Below, piece by piece: positions 44,873 through 56,185 of a stretch of 64,000 bases of DNA (the first letter of the stretch is position 1; each line of letters opens with the position of its first letter). The translations under genes and the position numbers were made by a program. The notes below the pieces were generated by a model. The model did no database searches. It saw only the letters and a program-made list of their open reading frames with translations, and was not told the origin of the DNA. This DNA is from a cyanobacterium endosymbiont of Rhopalodia gibba (GTDB lineage Bacteria > Cyanobacteriota > Cyanobacteriia > Cyanobacteriales > Microcystaceae), in the NCBI GenBank assembly GCA_045159875.1, contig CP067995.1, positions 1,376,001 to 1,440,000 on the forward strand. Direction: 5' to 3'.

Positions 44873-47221
44873 GTGTACTCTAGTGATCGTGGTTTAGTCA
44901 TTATCCCGACAGTGATAACTCTCTACTGGCTATCTCAGATTGAATCAGTTGATCGCCTTTGGGTTGGGGAAAAAGCCTGGATGCTAAGCCAACTCAAAAA
45001 AAAAGGCTATCCAGTTTTTCCTGGATTTGTTATTGGCTCAGAAACTTGGGGAGAATTCTTGGGAAGGTTAGATAATTCCACTTCTTTATTAGCAGATTTT
45101 CCCACATCTTCTCTGCATTTTGATGTAGATAATTTTAGAGCTCTACAGTTAACAGCACAACAGAGTCGTCAAACTATTGTTCATAATGATTTCCCTGACC
45201 AATGGAGAACAATTATTGGACAAGCTATTGAGCAGTTGCCTAGCACCTCTTTAATAGTACAGGGTTCCCTAGGAACTTCTTCAGGCATTAAACAAGAGTT
45301 TGCTAACTTAATAGTGCCTCAAGTTTGTGAAAAGTTGCCCCGAGATTTAGAATTAGCCATTAAACAAATTTGGTGTCAATTGTTGAGTGCGCAAAGCTTA
45401 TTTTATGGGCAACGAATGGACATTTCCATTGAAAAGTTAAGTCTAGGAGTTTTGGTTCAACCGTTAACCAATGTGCTCGTCTCAGGTATTGTTACAGTTT
45501 CTCCCAAAACTTTTGAAATACAAGCTACTTGGGGTTTACCCCAAAGTTTATGGCGAGGGGAAGTTTTGCCTGATCGCTTTGTCTTTGATCGCACTACCAG
45601 CCTACTTATTGATAGAGAATTAGGGAATAAGACCCGTGCTTATCGACTCAAAAATGAAGACGTATCCCGTGATGTTGACTATATTGAAAGTCCTTTAAGA
45701 GCTTATGTGTTGAATTCTTCTCAACAAAAGCAATACTGTCTCGATGAATCCATCCTGAATCAAATCTATTCACTACTTGAAGATCTTAGTCAAGATGAGT
45801 TATCTTGGAGCTCTTTGGAATGGATCTGGCTTGAATCTGAATCTTCCCAACTTCCGACTTTAGCTATTACTGAGATTATCCCTAGTATCTTAAGTTCTAA
45901 AGTTCATCCATTGCCTTTTCGAAAACAATCAATAATTGTGGATAATCAACCCTTCCTGAGAGGAATTGGGGCAGCCCCTGGTCGTACCCAAGGATTAATC
46001 CAAATAATAACTGAGGAAATTGCCTCCTTCCCCCCATCTTCTCTGAAAAGTGTCATTGTCACCAAAGAGATTTACCCCTCTCAATTACCTTTGTTAAAAC
46101 AGGCGGCAGGAGTAATCACTGAACAAGGAGGAATAACCAGTCATGCAGCTATTTTAGCTAGAGAATTAAATATCCCTGCAGTGGTTGAGGTATCGAGGGC
46201 AACAGAATTACTCAAAACTGGTGATTCTATAATTCTAGATGGCAAAAGTGGAACAATTTACCATTGTACAACGCCCCAAAATGATATTCCCCTTGCTTTT
46301 TCCTTAAGTTCCCAGGAGATATCTTCAAATTTGTCTTATCCTATTGCTACCCAATTAATGGTCAATGTTAGTCAACCAAGTTCTTTGGTCAAGTCCATAA
46401 ATTTACCCATTGATGGTATTGGATTGGTGCGATCAGAATTAATGCTATTAAATTTATGTTCTTCTAAGTCCCTAGAGCAATGGCTTAATGAATCTGAACC
46501 TACACAGATTGTTGAACAAATTTGCGAATGTCTTCGCGAGTTTACGACCAGGTTTGCTCCCCGCCCCGTATTTTATCGGTCTTTTAATGGTCAATTATGC
46601 CAAGGTATTAATGCTACAGTTCGAGGTGACTGTCGGGGAACAGCTGGTTATCTACTCAATCCAACTCTTTTTGACTTGGAATTAAGGGCATTAGCTCAAG
46701 TTCAAGCACAAGGATTCCATAATCTCCATTTGATTCTACCGTTTGTTCGCAGTGTAGCAGAATTTCGTTTTTGTCGTCATCGAGTAGAACAGGCAGGATT
46801 AATGGAATCTAAAACTTTTGAGTTGTGGATCATGGCAGAAGTCCCCTCAGTTCTTTTTGAATTGGAAGAATATGTTAATACAGGGGTTCAGGGAATAGCA
46901 ATTGGAACGAATGATTTAGTCCCATTGCTATTCGGAGTTGGACGAAATAATCTCGATTTCAGTGATATTTCTCAACCTTGTCCCACTGTTTTAAAAAAAG
47001 TTCTAAAACAGTTCATTGAGAAGTCTCATCAGTTGGGAATTTCGTGTAGTCTATGTGGACAAGCAGCTAGTCAATATCCCGATCTTGTTGAAGATTTAGT
47101 CCAGTGGGGAATTACCAACATTTCGGTAGAAACTGAAGCGGTAGAACAAACTTATAAAGCAATCGCTAGGGCTGAGAAAAAATTACTTTTAGAATTTATC
47201 AGGCAACAAAGAAAAAATTAA
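44873..47221 (+). CDS. PEP-synthase (PpsA)-like protein with divergent N-terminal domain
   Basis: VGEKA..PVFPGFV, phospho-His GGITSHAAILARELNIPAVV, GIGLVRSE, IMAEVPS, IAIGTNDL and SLCGQA; true start uncertain. Confidence 0.8.
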   Translation: MYSSDRGLVIIPTVITLYWLSQIESVDRLWVGEKAWMLSQLKKKGYPVFPGFVIGSETWGEFLGRLDNSTSLLADFPTSSLHFDVDNFRALQLTAQQSRQTIVHNDFPDQWRTIIGQAIEQLPSTSLIVQGSLGTSSGIKQEFANLIVPQVCEKLPRDLELAIKQIWCQLLSAQSLFYGQRMDISIEKLSLGVLVQPLTNVLVSGIVTVSPKTFEIQATWGLPQSLWRGEVLPDRFVFDRTTSLLIDRELGNKTRAYRLKNEDVSRDVDYIESPLRAYVLNSSQQKQYCLDESILNQIYSLLEDLSQDELSWSSLEWIWLESESSQLPTLAITEIIPSILSSKVHPLPFRKQSIIVDNQPFLRGIGAAPGRTQGLIQIITEEIASFPPSSLKSVIVTKEIYPSQLPLLKQAAGVITEQGGITSHAAILARELNIPAVVEVSRATELLKTGDSIILDGKSGTIYHCTTPQNDIPLAFSLSSQEISSNLSYPIATQLMVNVSQPSSLVKSINLPIDGIGLVRSELMLLNLCSSKSLEQWLNESEPTQIVEQICECLREFTTRFAPRPVFYRSFNGQLCQGINATVRGDCRGTAGYLLNPTLFDLELRALAQVQAQGFHNLHLILPFVRSVAEFRFCRHRVEQAGLMESKTFELWIMAEVPSVLFELEEYVNTGVQGIAIGTNDLVPLLFGVGRNNLDFSDISQPCPTVLKKVLKQFIEKSHQLGISCSLCGQAASQYPDLVEDLVQWGITNISVETEAVEQTYKAIARAEKKLLLEFIRQQRKN

Positions 47222-48121
47222 TTTGAAAGTGGTCCTATTCAGACATAGGCTTCATGTGTCGCTCATAGCAATTCTGAGGTATCAATTATACTAAACCAAG
47301 TGAGTTAGCTAAAATAAGTGTGGAATAAAAGAGTACTATAAAAAGAGAAAGAGTAATTGCTGGATAGTAAACTGCCGAAAATCTGGCTAATATAATTTGA
47401 AATACAAGAACTATCAAAGTTGACTAGTAAACCAAAATTATTCTCCAGAATGAAAATTTAGACATCATATCTAAATATCTAAAATATAAGAGACCAAGAA
47501 AGTTAAAGAAATTACAGATTGGGTATAATTTTTAGAAAATGCAATTTAAAAATAATTTCTAGATGAATTATTTAAGGAAGAAAAGGATAGCGTAATTTTT
47601 GGAAAAATGGAAAAAAAATAACTTATGATGTCCAATAATTATTTTTAAATAACTAAAAAATAATAACTATTAAAAATTAGGACAATAATTACTCTATTTT
47701 CTAAAAAATAAGAGGTTTAAAAGGTAGTAAAATTTTATATAAAGAGACATATAAAGTAGAAAAATACTAGATATAGCGATTATTATTAGTAATAACTCGG
47801 TGTATACAAATGGTTTAGTTAAAGTAAAATTGAAACAACGGGAAGAATTAAACAGAACAAAAAAGGTTGTCCAGGTAATCTGTTTGTTTAATCACTAAAC
47901 GTGAAATATATTTTTATATAATAAGCTTTTATTCCATTAATATGTAAATTATACAAAATTTTAAACCGTTGTTATTACTGTCAACATCTAAATTAGAATA
48001 CAACATAGTTAACGATTATCTCAGATAGTAATAATCAATAGTTGAGACTTGAATTATTGTTTAAGCGCGGCATAATACGAAGTTATCTTAAGTTTTTAAT
48101 TTTTTTTAAGAAAATATTTTT

Positions 48122-48850
48122 TTAGGGAAATGATGAATAAGCAATCAATCCAAAAAGAATGTTAATTCAACAGTTTTAAACACTCCAATTTATCGAATAT
48201 AAAATCTTAAATATATTGTCAAGTTGGTACTTAACTTTTTCAATCAAAGAACGTTTGCAAAGTAAAATTTTATCAATCAGTTTCATTGACTTTTATTTGC
48301 TCTTCTGTCGATGACGGTGAATTACTTGAAGTCCTTGTTCATAAAGCTTGTCAAAGAGTTTTCAAAAAGGATATTCAGAGTTCTTGAGAAGAATATCCTT
48401 GGATTCTCAATAATTTACTAATCAAATCTTGTACTAGCCAAATCTTACATTAACTTAGGAAGTAGTTTACAGTCATCGGTGTTGCCTAAAGTTAACTTAA
48501 AAGTCAATATTTACTGCAGTAGTTTATGATTAAATACGTTTTCAATCCGTAATGCCATCTTACATGATTTTATACCTATTCAACTAGCCCTTTAAAAACT
48601 CAGTGTACTCTTTATATTGGAATTGATGAAACTAATTCTTATAATTTTTACTTTGCGAGTCTGCCAAAAACAGCATATTAAAATCATTATCCAAGGTATA
48701 AGCTCAATAAAACGATGATAGCTGACTTTTTTACAATAGGGAAAAGAAGCTGCAACATATAAAATTTTCTAAAGCTTCGATATCCTAACCGATGACAAGC
48801 GATCACAAAAATTATAACTTCACCTCTTCTCAGTTGAACTCATATTTTGA
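48122..48850 (-). mobile_element. Decayed IS982-family transposase, copy 2
   Basis: Minus strand GEVIIFVIACHRLGYRSF, VSYHRFIELIPW, ISFINS, VFKGLVE*V*NHVRWHYGLKTYLIIN, FKLTLGNTDD, ILLCKRSLIEKVKYQLDN and GLIAYS. It shares gatggcattacggatt with copy 1. Confidence 0.8.
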
Positions 48851-49380
48851 CAATAGAAGATCAATCTGTATTCACTTGAGATTTATCATTTCGTGTAAAT
48901 AATGAGTTATTAACGGTTCTAATAATCCCTGAGATTATCACTAAAAACTTAAATTTGATAAATTACTATATAATCGTAAATTCTCTACGCTCATAAGCTA
49001 TCATCTTTAATTTTTAAAGTCTTAAAATAGTTAATATACTTCTGTTTAAATTACTTTTTATTCAATATTTATCCTGCTTTTCTCTGCTATTATTTTTTAT
49101 TTTCTATTAGTTTATCTTCTGATTTTTTAGTGAATTATTTTAAGTTTTCTAAAAAAATCATTAGCTATTGAAATAGCAATAATTTGTTGCTTTAACTCCA
49201 GAATAAGTTAATCATGACTCTTCCCGATTGGCTGTAAAAAAAATCATAATAAATAAAAGATGAGAGTCTTGACTTATAAGATTTCCAGGATGTAAGAAAA
49301 TTTTTTTTAGAAAAATAAAGTTTTGGAGTTACAGAATACAGTTAGAATGATAGTTTTGAAAATTATTAGCTACCGATTTA

Positions 49381-50586
49381 TTATTCTAAGCTGACAAGAT
49401 CCATATATTGTTCTAGACTTGGGACGTCTGTCCAGCAATTCTTATAACTTGCTTCATAGGCTAAATCCATTATTAATTGAGAATAAACTCCTTCATATAA
49501 AGAGGGAACTAAAGACTTTCTTTGATCAATACTTTCTACCCAACGATCAACGACTCGAATAAATGGGGCTAATCGTCCATCTGTAAAGAGTTCAGGGAAT
49601 GCTAACTGTTTAGGAATTTCAACTTCTGTGAGGGGTTGACCTGCGGGGGCAGCTTGCAAATGGAAGCCATGAACATAATCTTTTAGGTTGTTACTTCCTA
49701 AGACTAAAGTACCATGATCGCCATATACTTCTACCCAGTGTCCGCGTCCATTATAAGTTACCGAACTGAGGGATACTTGACAGGGGACTCCATCATTCAG
49801 TTCTAACATCAATAAACAAGTATCATCAGTATTAACAGGCTTTAACTTATTATGATTTTTAGGATCAGGACGTTCTTTAATTGCACAAAACATTTGAGCT
49901 GTTAATCGTTTAACAGGTCCGAATAACCAGTGAATATAATCAAAAGAATGGGAGCCAATCGCCCCTAAAACTCCTCCTCCTTGATCTCGACGGGAATACC
50001 AATTCCAAGCAAGTTCTGGGTTTGCGCGACTCGCCACTAACCAATCAATCTTAATTAGGCGAACTCGTCCCACATAATTTTGTTGTAAATATTTCGATAA
50101 AAGTTGCCATGCAGGAACATAACGAAATTCAAAATTTGTTGTGACAACTAATTTTTTTTGTTTTGCTAAATGATAAAGTTCTTTTGCTTCTTGCGCTGAC
50201 ATCGCCATAGGTTTTTCTAAAAGTAGATGTTTACCTGCTTCCAAAATTTGTTTACCCATTTCGTAGTGAAGAAACGGAGGAGTAGAAAGACTAACAGCAT
50301 CAATTTTACTTAGAGATAAGAGTTTTTTAAAATTATCAAAATAATAGGGGATCTGGTGATAATCTGCTATACTTTTGGATTTTTCTAAGTCACGATTGTA
50401 AATAGCAATTACCTCGGTGCGAGAATGGTGTTTTAACCCTGGAATATGGACAGATTGACCAAAACCCGTTCCGATAACAGCGACACGAATAGTTGACATA
50501 ATCCTCGTTCTAATCGAAATTAGGAATATTGCATGGCAGTTTACTATCTGTTTTTTAATAACTGCTTCAGTTTGTAACCGTACCAT
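49381..50586 (-). CDS. Gfo/Idh/MocA family oxidoreductase (start possibly ATG 50499)
   Basis: VAVIGTGFG, STPPFLH, GKHLLLEKP and GGGVLGAIGSHSFD. Confidence 0.88.
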   Translation of the reverse strand: MVRLQTEAVIKKQIVNCHAIFLISIRTRIMSTIRVAVIGTGFGQSVHIPGLKHHSRTEVIAIYNRDLEKSKSIADYHQIPYYFDNFKKLLSLSKIDAVSLSTPPFLHYEMGKQILEAGKHLLLEKPMAMSAQEAKELYHLAKQKKLVVTTNFEFRYVPAWQLLSKYLQQNYVGRVRLIKIDWLVASRANPELAWNWYSRRDQGGGVLGAIGSHSFDYIHWLFGPVKRLTAQMFCAIKERPDPKNHNKLKPVNTDDTCLLMLELNDGVPCQVSLSSVTYNGRGHWVEVYGDHGTLVLGSNNLKDYVHGFHLQAAPAGQPLTEVEIPKQLAFPELFTDGRLAPFIRVVDRWVESIDQRKSLVPSLYEGVYSQLIMDLAYEASYKNCWTDVPSLEQYMDLVSLE

Positions 50587-50715
50587 GGCTTTGAATTAAA
50601 TAATGAAGTATCTTATCTTATATAACAGAAATCTTTATGATGATTTTTTATAATTTTAAGCATTGAGACATTTTCAAATATCTTAACGTTTAAATATGCC
50701 TGAATAACTATTCAT

Positions 50716-51300
50716 ACTCAAGAAGGAGGTAACCACGATGAAGTAGTAATTTCACCATGAGCAATCTGTACTAACTTAAATTAGAATGACAAAGATATCT
50801 ATTTTATAAACTCGGGTAAATAGTTTATGAACTCCGTTGATAACGAAGTCCTTTTTATAGTCTTACTTACTTCATTTTTTTCATTATTTCTCATGGTTTC
50901 TCTGGTATTTTAAGTCTATTGTCATGACAACTAACCTAATTTTTTAGAAACTGATTGAAGCCTGGCTTTGACGCCTACAAAATTTCATAAAAAAAAAGCA
51001 AGATAAAAGTAATAGTTACAGTTTTTTTATGCAAGAGGAGAAGAAACTAAAACTTTTTGTCAAGGAAGTTCTACAAAAGTCAGTTTGGCAGCATGGGGGA
51101 GTCCTCACTCTAATTTTTTTTGTAGGAGGAAGAAAAATTTAGGAGATTTTAAACGAATAAAATAGGCTAGATAGAGCAACTTTATTACACGAACACGCTC
51201 TTCTGGTGAGAAACAACATTTTCCATTTCCATTAAGTACAATAATTAACCGGTTAGGAGTAGTTGTAAAAATTCTGTCCTTTTCCTTATCTGAAAACACT
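50716..51300 (+). pseudogene. Unidentified decayed ORF with RBS and terminator still visible
   Basis: AAGGAGG RBS followed by ATG-AAG-TAG-TAA near 50722-50748. A later frame reads MQEEKKLKLFVKEVLQKSVWQHGGVLTLIFFVGGRKI*EILNE*NRLDRATLLHEHALLVRNNIFHFH* and runs into the hairpin at 51301. Confidence 0.4.
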
Positions 51301-51341
51301 AGAAAATATAACTATAAATTGTTTTTATAGTTATATTTTCT
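51301..51341. repeat. Perfect 18-bp inverted repeat, orphan hairpin
   Basis: agaaaatataactataaa-ttgtt-tttatagttatattttct. Confidence 0.8.
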
Positions 51342-52007
51342 GATAGATTTACTCAATCTATAATTTTTTTATTTTTTATCATCTTGGATTTAAACATAAT
51401 ATTTTTACTCTTGTTTTCGTTATAGAGAAAATTTTTAGTATTAGTTTACTTTTATGTTTCTTATTTTTCTAATCTTATCAGATTAACTTTGAGCTAGATT
51501 GGCATCTAGCAAGCACTCTTTATCTAACTATCTTCTTCTGAAATTATCAAAGTTAATTAAGCTATAGACTTGGACTTTGATTAATTAAATTTTATGATTA
51601 GTACTTCCTACTAATTTTTGGAGAGTTCTATTTTTAGAAAAAGCTATAATTTTGTACTTCATCTGCTTATTATCTGATAACTATTCTCCTCTTTTATTTT
51701 TTAAAAAATTTTTAAGGATAAAAAGATATTTAACTTTTTTATTGCTCTTTATTTTAGACTAAATTCGTGAGATTATAAGTGTTTGATCTGTTTTATGATG
51801 TGATTTTTTTTATTAAAATTTTGGTATTATAAAGTATTTTTTGGGTGAGATTTTGATAGAACATTCAACAATCTACACAGAACTTATTCTATTGATTCCA
51901 ATGTCTTCGAAACCAGGTTTTAAGAAAATTACGCTAAAGAACCATAGGTTTTCAACTTCCTATACTTAACTAAGACTGTTGCATCATTTTTTTCCTTGAA
52001 ATAGGAG

Positions 52008-52064
52008 TTTTTCCGTTGACTGAGCTGTAAAATACTTATTTTTACAGCTCAGTCAACGGAAAAA
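52008..52064. terminator. 25-bp perfect inverted repeat about 185 nt past the ygfZ stop
   Basis: tttttccgttgactgagctgtaaaa-tacttat-ttttacagctcagtcaacggaaaaa. Confidence 0.75.
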
Positions 52065-52249
52065 ACTTAGATTTTAATTATGCTACCCTATTTGATTTAG
52101 GAAAGCCATAAATTAGAAGGAAACTGTAGGAGGTTTTATGCGTTGCCAATACAAAAAAGCTTATAGCTTATGTATATTGTGAATGATAGCATGATAAAAA
52201 TTCTAGTTGAGCTCATAAACAATCAAGAGCTTACCTAAATGTGCCATAC

Positions 52250-53329
52250 TTAATAATCTTTATGAGTTAAAAAAGGTACTTTTACCACTTGTCCTACTGC
52301 TTTTCCTATTTGAATGTTTAATTCTACTCCTCCTGCTTTGGTGCTAATATAAGCTAACCCTAAAAAATTTTGATCAATTTTAGTACAACTTGTTAAAATT
52401 CCTACTTTTTTTCCATCCGCAATAACTGGAGTTCCTGGAAGAATCTCTTGACTTAACTTAACTCCCCACAATCTTTGTTTGACTCCTTTGTAGGTATTTA
52501 GACGAGCAATAGTTTCTTGTCCAATATAACAGCCTTTGTCAAAGGAAATAGCTCTCCATAATCCTGCTTCTAGGGGATTATAATCTTCTGTTAATTCTTG
52601 ATCACAAACCGGTCTTCCTTGCCGTATTCTCAACTTTTCCCATACGCGATCACCGATAGGAATAATCCCTAATTGTATTAATTGCTCCCAAACAGTTTTG
52701 GCTTGATCGGTTGGAACAATTAAGGTATAGCCGGGGATAGCTAACCCACTTCCTACAGCTACCCTCATAGAAGCCTCTCCCATAGTCGTTAAACAATGAC
52801 TTTCTGCTGGAAGTTCAGCTAAACCATTAATCCCTCCTTCTTTCAGAAATGAAGTACATTCGGAACCAATTAAGGTAAAAACAATATTTTTCTCGGAAAT
52901 ATCTGTAATTTTTACCTTATCCATGGGAAAGATGTATTGGTCCATCCACTCCATCAAGAAGTGACGACGGTTTGGGGAAACTAAAATCAAAATTGAGTCG
53001 TTTGTGACGTAAGCTGTGACCAAATCAATCATTCTACCAGTAGAATTAACAAAAACGGTGTCACACGCTAGTCCTGGCTTTAATTGATTAATATTATTGG
53101 TAGTTTGATTATGAAGAAAACGTAAGCGATCATCTCCTGTTAGTTTTAAGAGTCCCCAATGACTACGATCACAAATAACCGCTCCGTTATAAGCTGTTTC
53201 AAAGCCTTCACTATCATTGCCAAAACTATTGATCATTGTTTCATTTTTTGTTAAGATTACACCGGATTCTTTTTGAATTTTACGTATGTTCTGTTTCATA
53301 ATTGATAATAAAAATTTGTACTTAATCAA
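52250..53329 (-). CDS. ygfZ: YgfZ/GcvT-like folate-binding Fe-S cluster repair protein (start likely ATG 53299)
   Basis: DRLRFLHNQTTN, the signature ISFDKGCYIGQETIARL and YNPLEAGL. Confidence 0.88.
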   Translation of the reverse strand: MIKYKFLLSIMKQNIRKIQKESGVILTKNETMINSFGNDSEGFETAYNGAVICDRSHWGLLKLTGDDRLRFLHNQTTNNINQLKPGLACDTVFVNSTGRMIDLVTAYVTNDSILILVSPNRRHFLMEWMDQYIFPMDKVKITDISEKNIVFTLIGSECTSFLKEGGINGLAELPAESHCLTTMGEASMRVAVGSGLAIPGYTLIVPTDQAKTVWEQLIQLGIIPIGDRVWEKLRIRQGRPVCDQELTEDYNPLEAGLWRAISFDKGCYIGQETIARLNTYKGVKQRLWGVKLSQEILPGTPVIADGKKVGILTSCTKIDQNFLGLAYISTKAGGVELNIQIGKAVGQVVKVPFLTHKDY

Positions 53330-53805
53330 CTAATTAATTTACTCAATATTTAGTTTGCAATTCGTTATTTTTTTCTATATATCGTTACCAATCAACTTCT
53401 CCTATTTCATTAAAAAATGAATAAAATCAATATCTGTTACTTGACTATTACAGAAAAAATTATTGATTCTGATCACCATAGATATTATAATCTAAAAAAT
53501 AGACTTTAATAAAAGCTCACTTAAGTATTAATTCTAGAAAATTTATAAAAATAAGTTAAACATAGTCGATAATTAGAATAAAAAATTTTTATTTTTTAAT
53601 AAACTGCTTTTTAACTTATTTTTTAGAATTGTTCACTTAGATTATCTATCGCCTAAATAAAAACAGGTTAAACGATAACTTCTACTTCTCGTAGATCCTC
53701 TATATTTCTAAATATAGATTTTATTTTTAACATCGGGTTTTCCTCCACATCGACGTAAAAAAATAGTATAATGCTAGCCTAGCGGTGTTTCTTTTTTTTT
53801 AAATA

Positions 53806-54540
53806 ATGCCCGAACAACAATTACATCCAGGATTTTATTGGTTTTATATCATTATTTCCAATATTTTACTAGTCTTTATGTTGGAAACTCCAGCTGATAG
53901 TCAATTCTCATCAGAGGTTAGTTCTATTCAGGATGGTTCGATCGAAAATACCTTTGATTTACCATCAGAAATTATTGAAGATAGCCCCGTTTTAAAAAAA
54001 TGGTTAAATAACATTCCTAATATTTTATACGATATTTATACTGATCCGAGTTTTCGAACACGTGTGGGAATAGGATACGCAGAATTTCCTTCTACTGAAC
54101 ATGATGGAGGAATTAATATTGGAGTTGATGATATTTTTATTGGGAAAACGGGTTTAACAATTAGCGGTGACTATCAAACTTCCTTTGGAAGACGAGATGC
54201 AGGAGGGGTTAACTTACAATATTATCTGTTGCCTTTGGGGAATTACATTAATCTTGCTCCCATGGTAGGATATCGTTCAATTTCCACTAACAACTATTCT
54301 GAAGGTGGAGTTAACATTGGAGGTAAATTGATACTTCCTCTATCACGTACTGGCGCATCTGATATTTCATTATCTCACAGTTTTATCTCCCCTGGTGAAG
54401 ATAATGAAATAGGAATTACAACCATTTCTTTTGGTTATGCAATTACTAAAAATATTCGATTGGCTACTGAAATTGAAAGACAAAACTCACAGATAAAAAA
54501 AGATAGTAAAATTGGCATTATGTTTGAACTAATGCCATAG
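53806..54540 (+). CDS. Conserved cyanobacterial exported protein, probable small outer-membrane beta-barrel
   Basis: N-terminal hydrophobic segment, IIEDSPVLKKWL..IPNIL..I..DPSFRTR and alternating beta-strand patterns. Confidence 0.65.
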   Translation: MPEQQLHPGFYWFYIIISNILLVFMLETPADSQFSSEVSSIQDGSIENTFDLPSEIIEDSPVLKKWLNNIPNILYDIYTDPSFRTRVGIGYAEFPSTEHDGGINIGVDDIFIGKTGLTISGDYQTSFGRRDAGGVNLQYYLLPLGNYINLAPMVGYRSISTNNYSEGGVNIGGKLILPLSRTGASDISLSHSFISPGEDNEIGITTISFGYAITKNIRLATEIERQNSQIKKDSKIGIMFELMP

Positions 54541-54598
54541 TTTAATGCCATATTTCTCAAAGAAGATTATCAAATAAATTATTAAGTAATCAACTGGA

Positions 54599-55381
54599 AT
54601 GAGAACCTATTTACAAGTTTTACTATTATTTTGGACAACAGCAGTCACAGCAGAATTAGAATATCGATTAAATTTCGTAATTGCTATGATTAGCAGTTTC
54701 GCTAATTTTATTGGGAGTTTATTTAGTTTGTTCCTATTCTATCGAACAGGTTATACCTTTCATGGATGGACTTGGGACGAAGCGATGATAGTGGTAGGAA
54801 TGTTTACTTTCTTACAAGGCATTTCTGCTACCTTTTTAGTCCCTAATCTAAACCGAATTGTTGAACAAGTAGAGAAAGGAACCCTAGATTTCGTGTTACT
54901 GAAACCAATTAGTAGTCAATTTTGGTTGTCTTGTAGAATTTTATCTCCTTGGGGATTTTCAGATTTGGTTTTTGGAGTAATTATAATTTTTTATTTTAGT
55001 TCTAAACTATCTTTACATCTAGGAGACTATATACTCAGTTGTATAGCAACAATTTTGGGCATCACTATTCTGTATAGTATTTGGTTTATCTTAGGAGCAA
55101 CCAGTGTGTGGTTTATCAAAATTTATAATGTTACTGCAGTTCTCAAAGGATTATTAGAAGCAGGTAGATATCCCGTAAGTGCTTATCCTACGGTCTATCG
55201 TTTCTTCTTTACCTTTGTAATTCCTGTTACTTTTTTAACCACTGTTCCGGCGGAGATACTTTTAGGAAAAATCGAAGCTTTATGGATTTTAGTCGCAACA
55301 CTAATAGCATTATCTCTATTATTTATCTCTCACTATTTCTGGCAATTTGCCCTTCGTTTTTATACCAGTGCTTCTAGTTGA
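54599..55381 (+). CDS. ABC-2-type transporter permease (DUF990 family)
   Basis: ELEYRLNF, GTLDFVLLKPISSQFW, GRYPVSAYP and ALRFYTSASS. Confidence 0.88.
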   Translation: MRTYLQVLLLFWTTAVTAELEYRLNFVIAMISSFANFIGSLFSLFLFYRTGYTFHGWTWDEAMIVVGMFTFLQGISATFLVPNLNRIVEQVEKGTLDFVLLKPISSQFWLSCRILSPWGFSDLVFGVIIIFYFSSKLSLHLGDYILSCIATILGITILYSIWFILGATSVWFIKIYNVTAVLKGLLEAGRYPVSAYPTVYRFFFTFVIPVTFLTTVPAEILLGKIEALWILVATLIALSLLFISHYFWQFALRFYTSASS

Positions 55382-55414
55382 TTTGTAAAGTACAAATAAA
55401 GATTTTTTCTACTG

Positions 55415-56185
55415 GTGGAAATGCGCGATAACCCTATTGCAATTAAAAATCTAAGTCACAGTTACCCAGATGGGACCTCCTCTCTGAACGGAATTAACTT
55501 ATCAGTTCAAGAAGGAGAGAGAGTAGCCTTAATCGGAGCAAATGGATCGGGAAAATCTACGTTGCAATTTCACCTCAATGAAATTTTTCTACCTCAGTCA
55601 GGACATATCAAAGTAGGGCAGTGGGAAGTTAATTCTAAAAATCTTATCAAGATCAGAAATTTTGTTGGTTTAGTTTTTCAAAATCCCTATAATTAGCTAT
55701 TTATGCCTACTGTGTGGGATGATATCGCTTTTGGACCGAAAAATTATGGTATCAAGGGAAAAGAACTGCAATTAAGAGTTTTAGCGGCTATGGAAACGGT
55801 AAAAATAGATCACCAAATTTATAGTTCAAGGAACCCTGATAATTTATCAGGAGGAGAAAAAAAGCGGGTAGCAATCGCCTGAGTTTTGGCCATGCAGCCT
55901 CAAGTGTTAGTGTTAGATGAACCTTCGTCCTAACTTGATACCCATTCCCGGCGCTATCTGATTGGCTTGCTAAAGACCCTTTCTCTAACCCAATTAATTG
56001 CCACCTACGACCTCGATTTAGCCTGGGAATTATGTGAGCGCACTATTATTCTTAGCCAAGGTCAGATTGTATATAATGGTGATACAGACAGGATAATGAG
56101 CGATCAAAACTTTTTAAAGAAACAGGACTTAGAACCCCCTTTCAGTTACAGTCGTCCTTACTGTAATTTAGGAGACGCTCCTTAA
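55415..56185 (+). pseudogene. cbiO: ECF/cobalt transporter ATPase (CbiO-like) with three in-frame nonsense codons
   Basis: A single frame carries GANGSGKST, VGLVFQNP, LSGGEKKRVAIA and LVLDEP. Stops are TAG 55694-55696, TGA 55880-55882 and TAA 55931-55933; the ORF-track pieces 55415..55696 and 55967..56185 are its fragments. Confidence 0.9.

Noticed and set aside
55694..55933. Stop-codon read-through or recoding in cbiO
   Set aside because: Three different stop codons, each one substitution from the expected sense codon, and all three serve as normal stops in this window; nonsense mutation is simpler.
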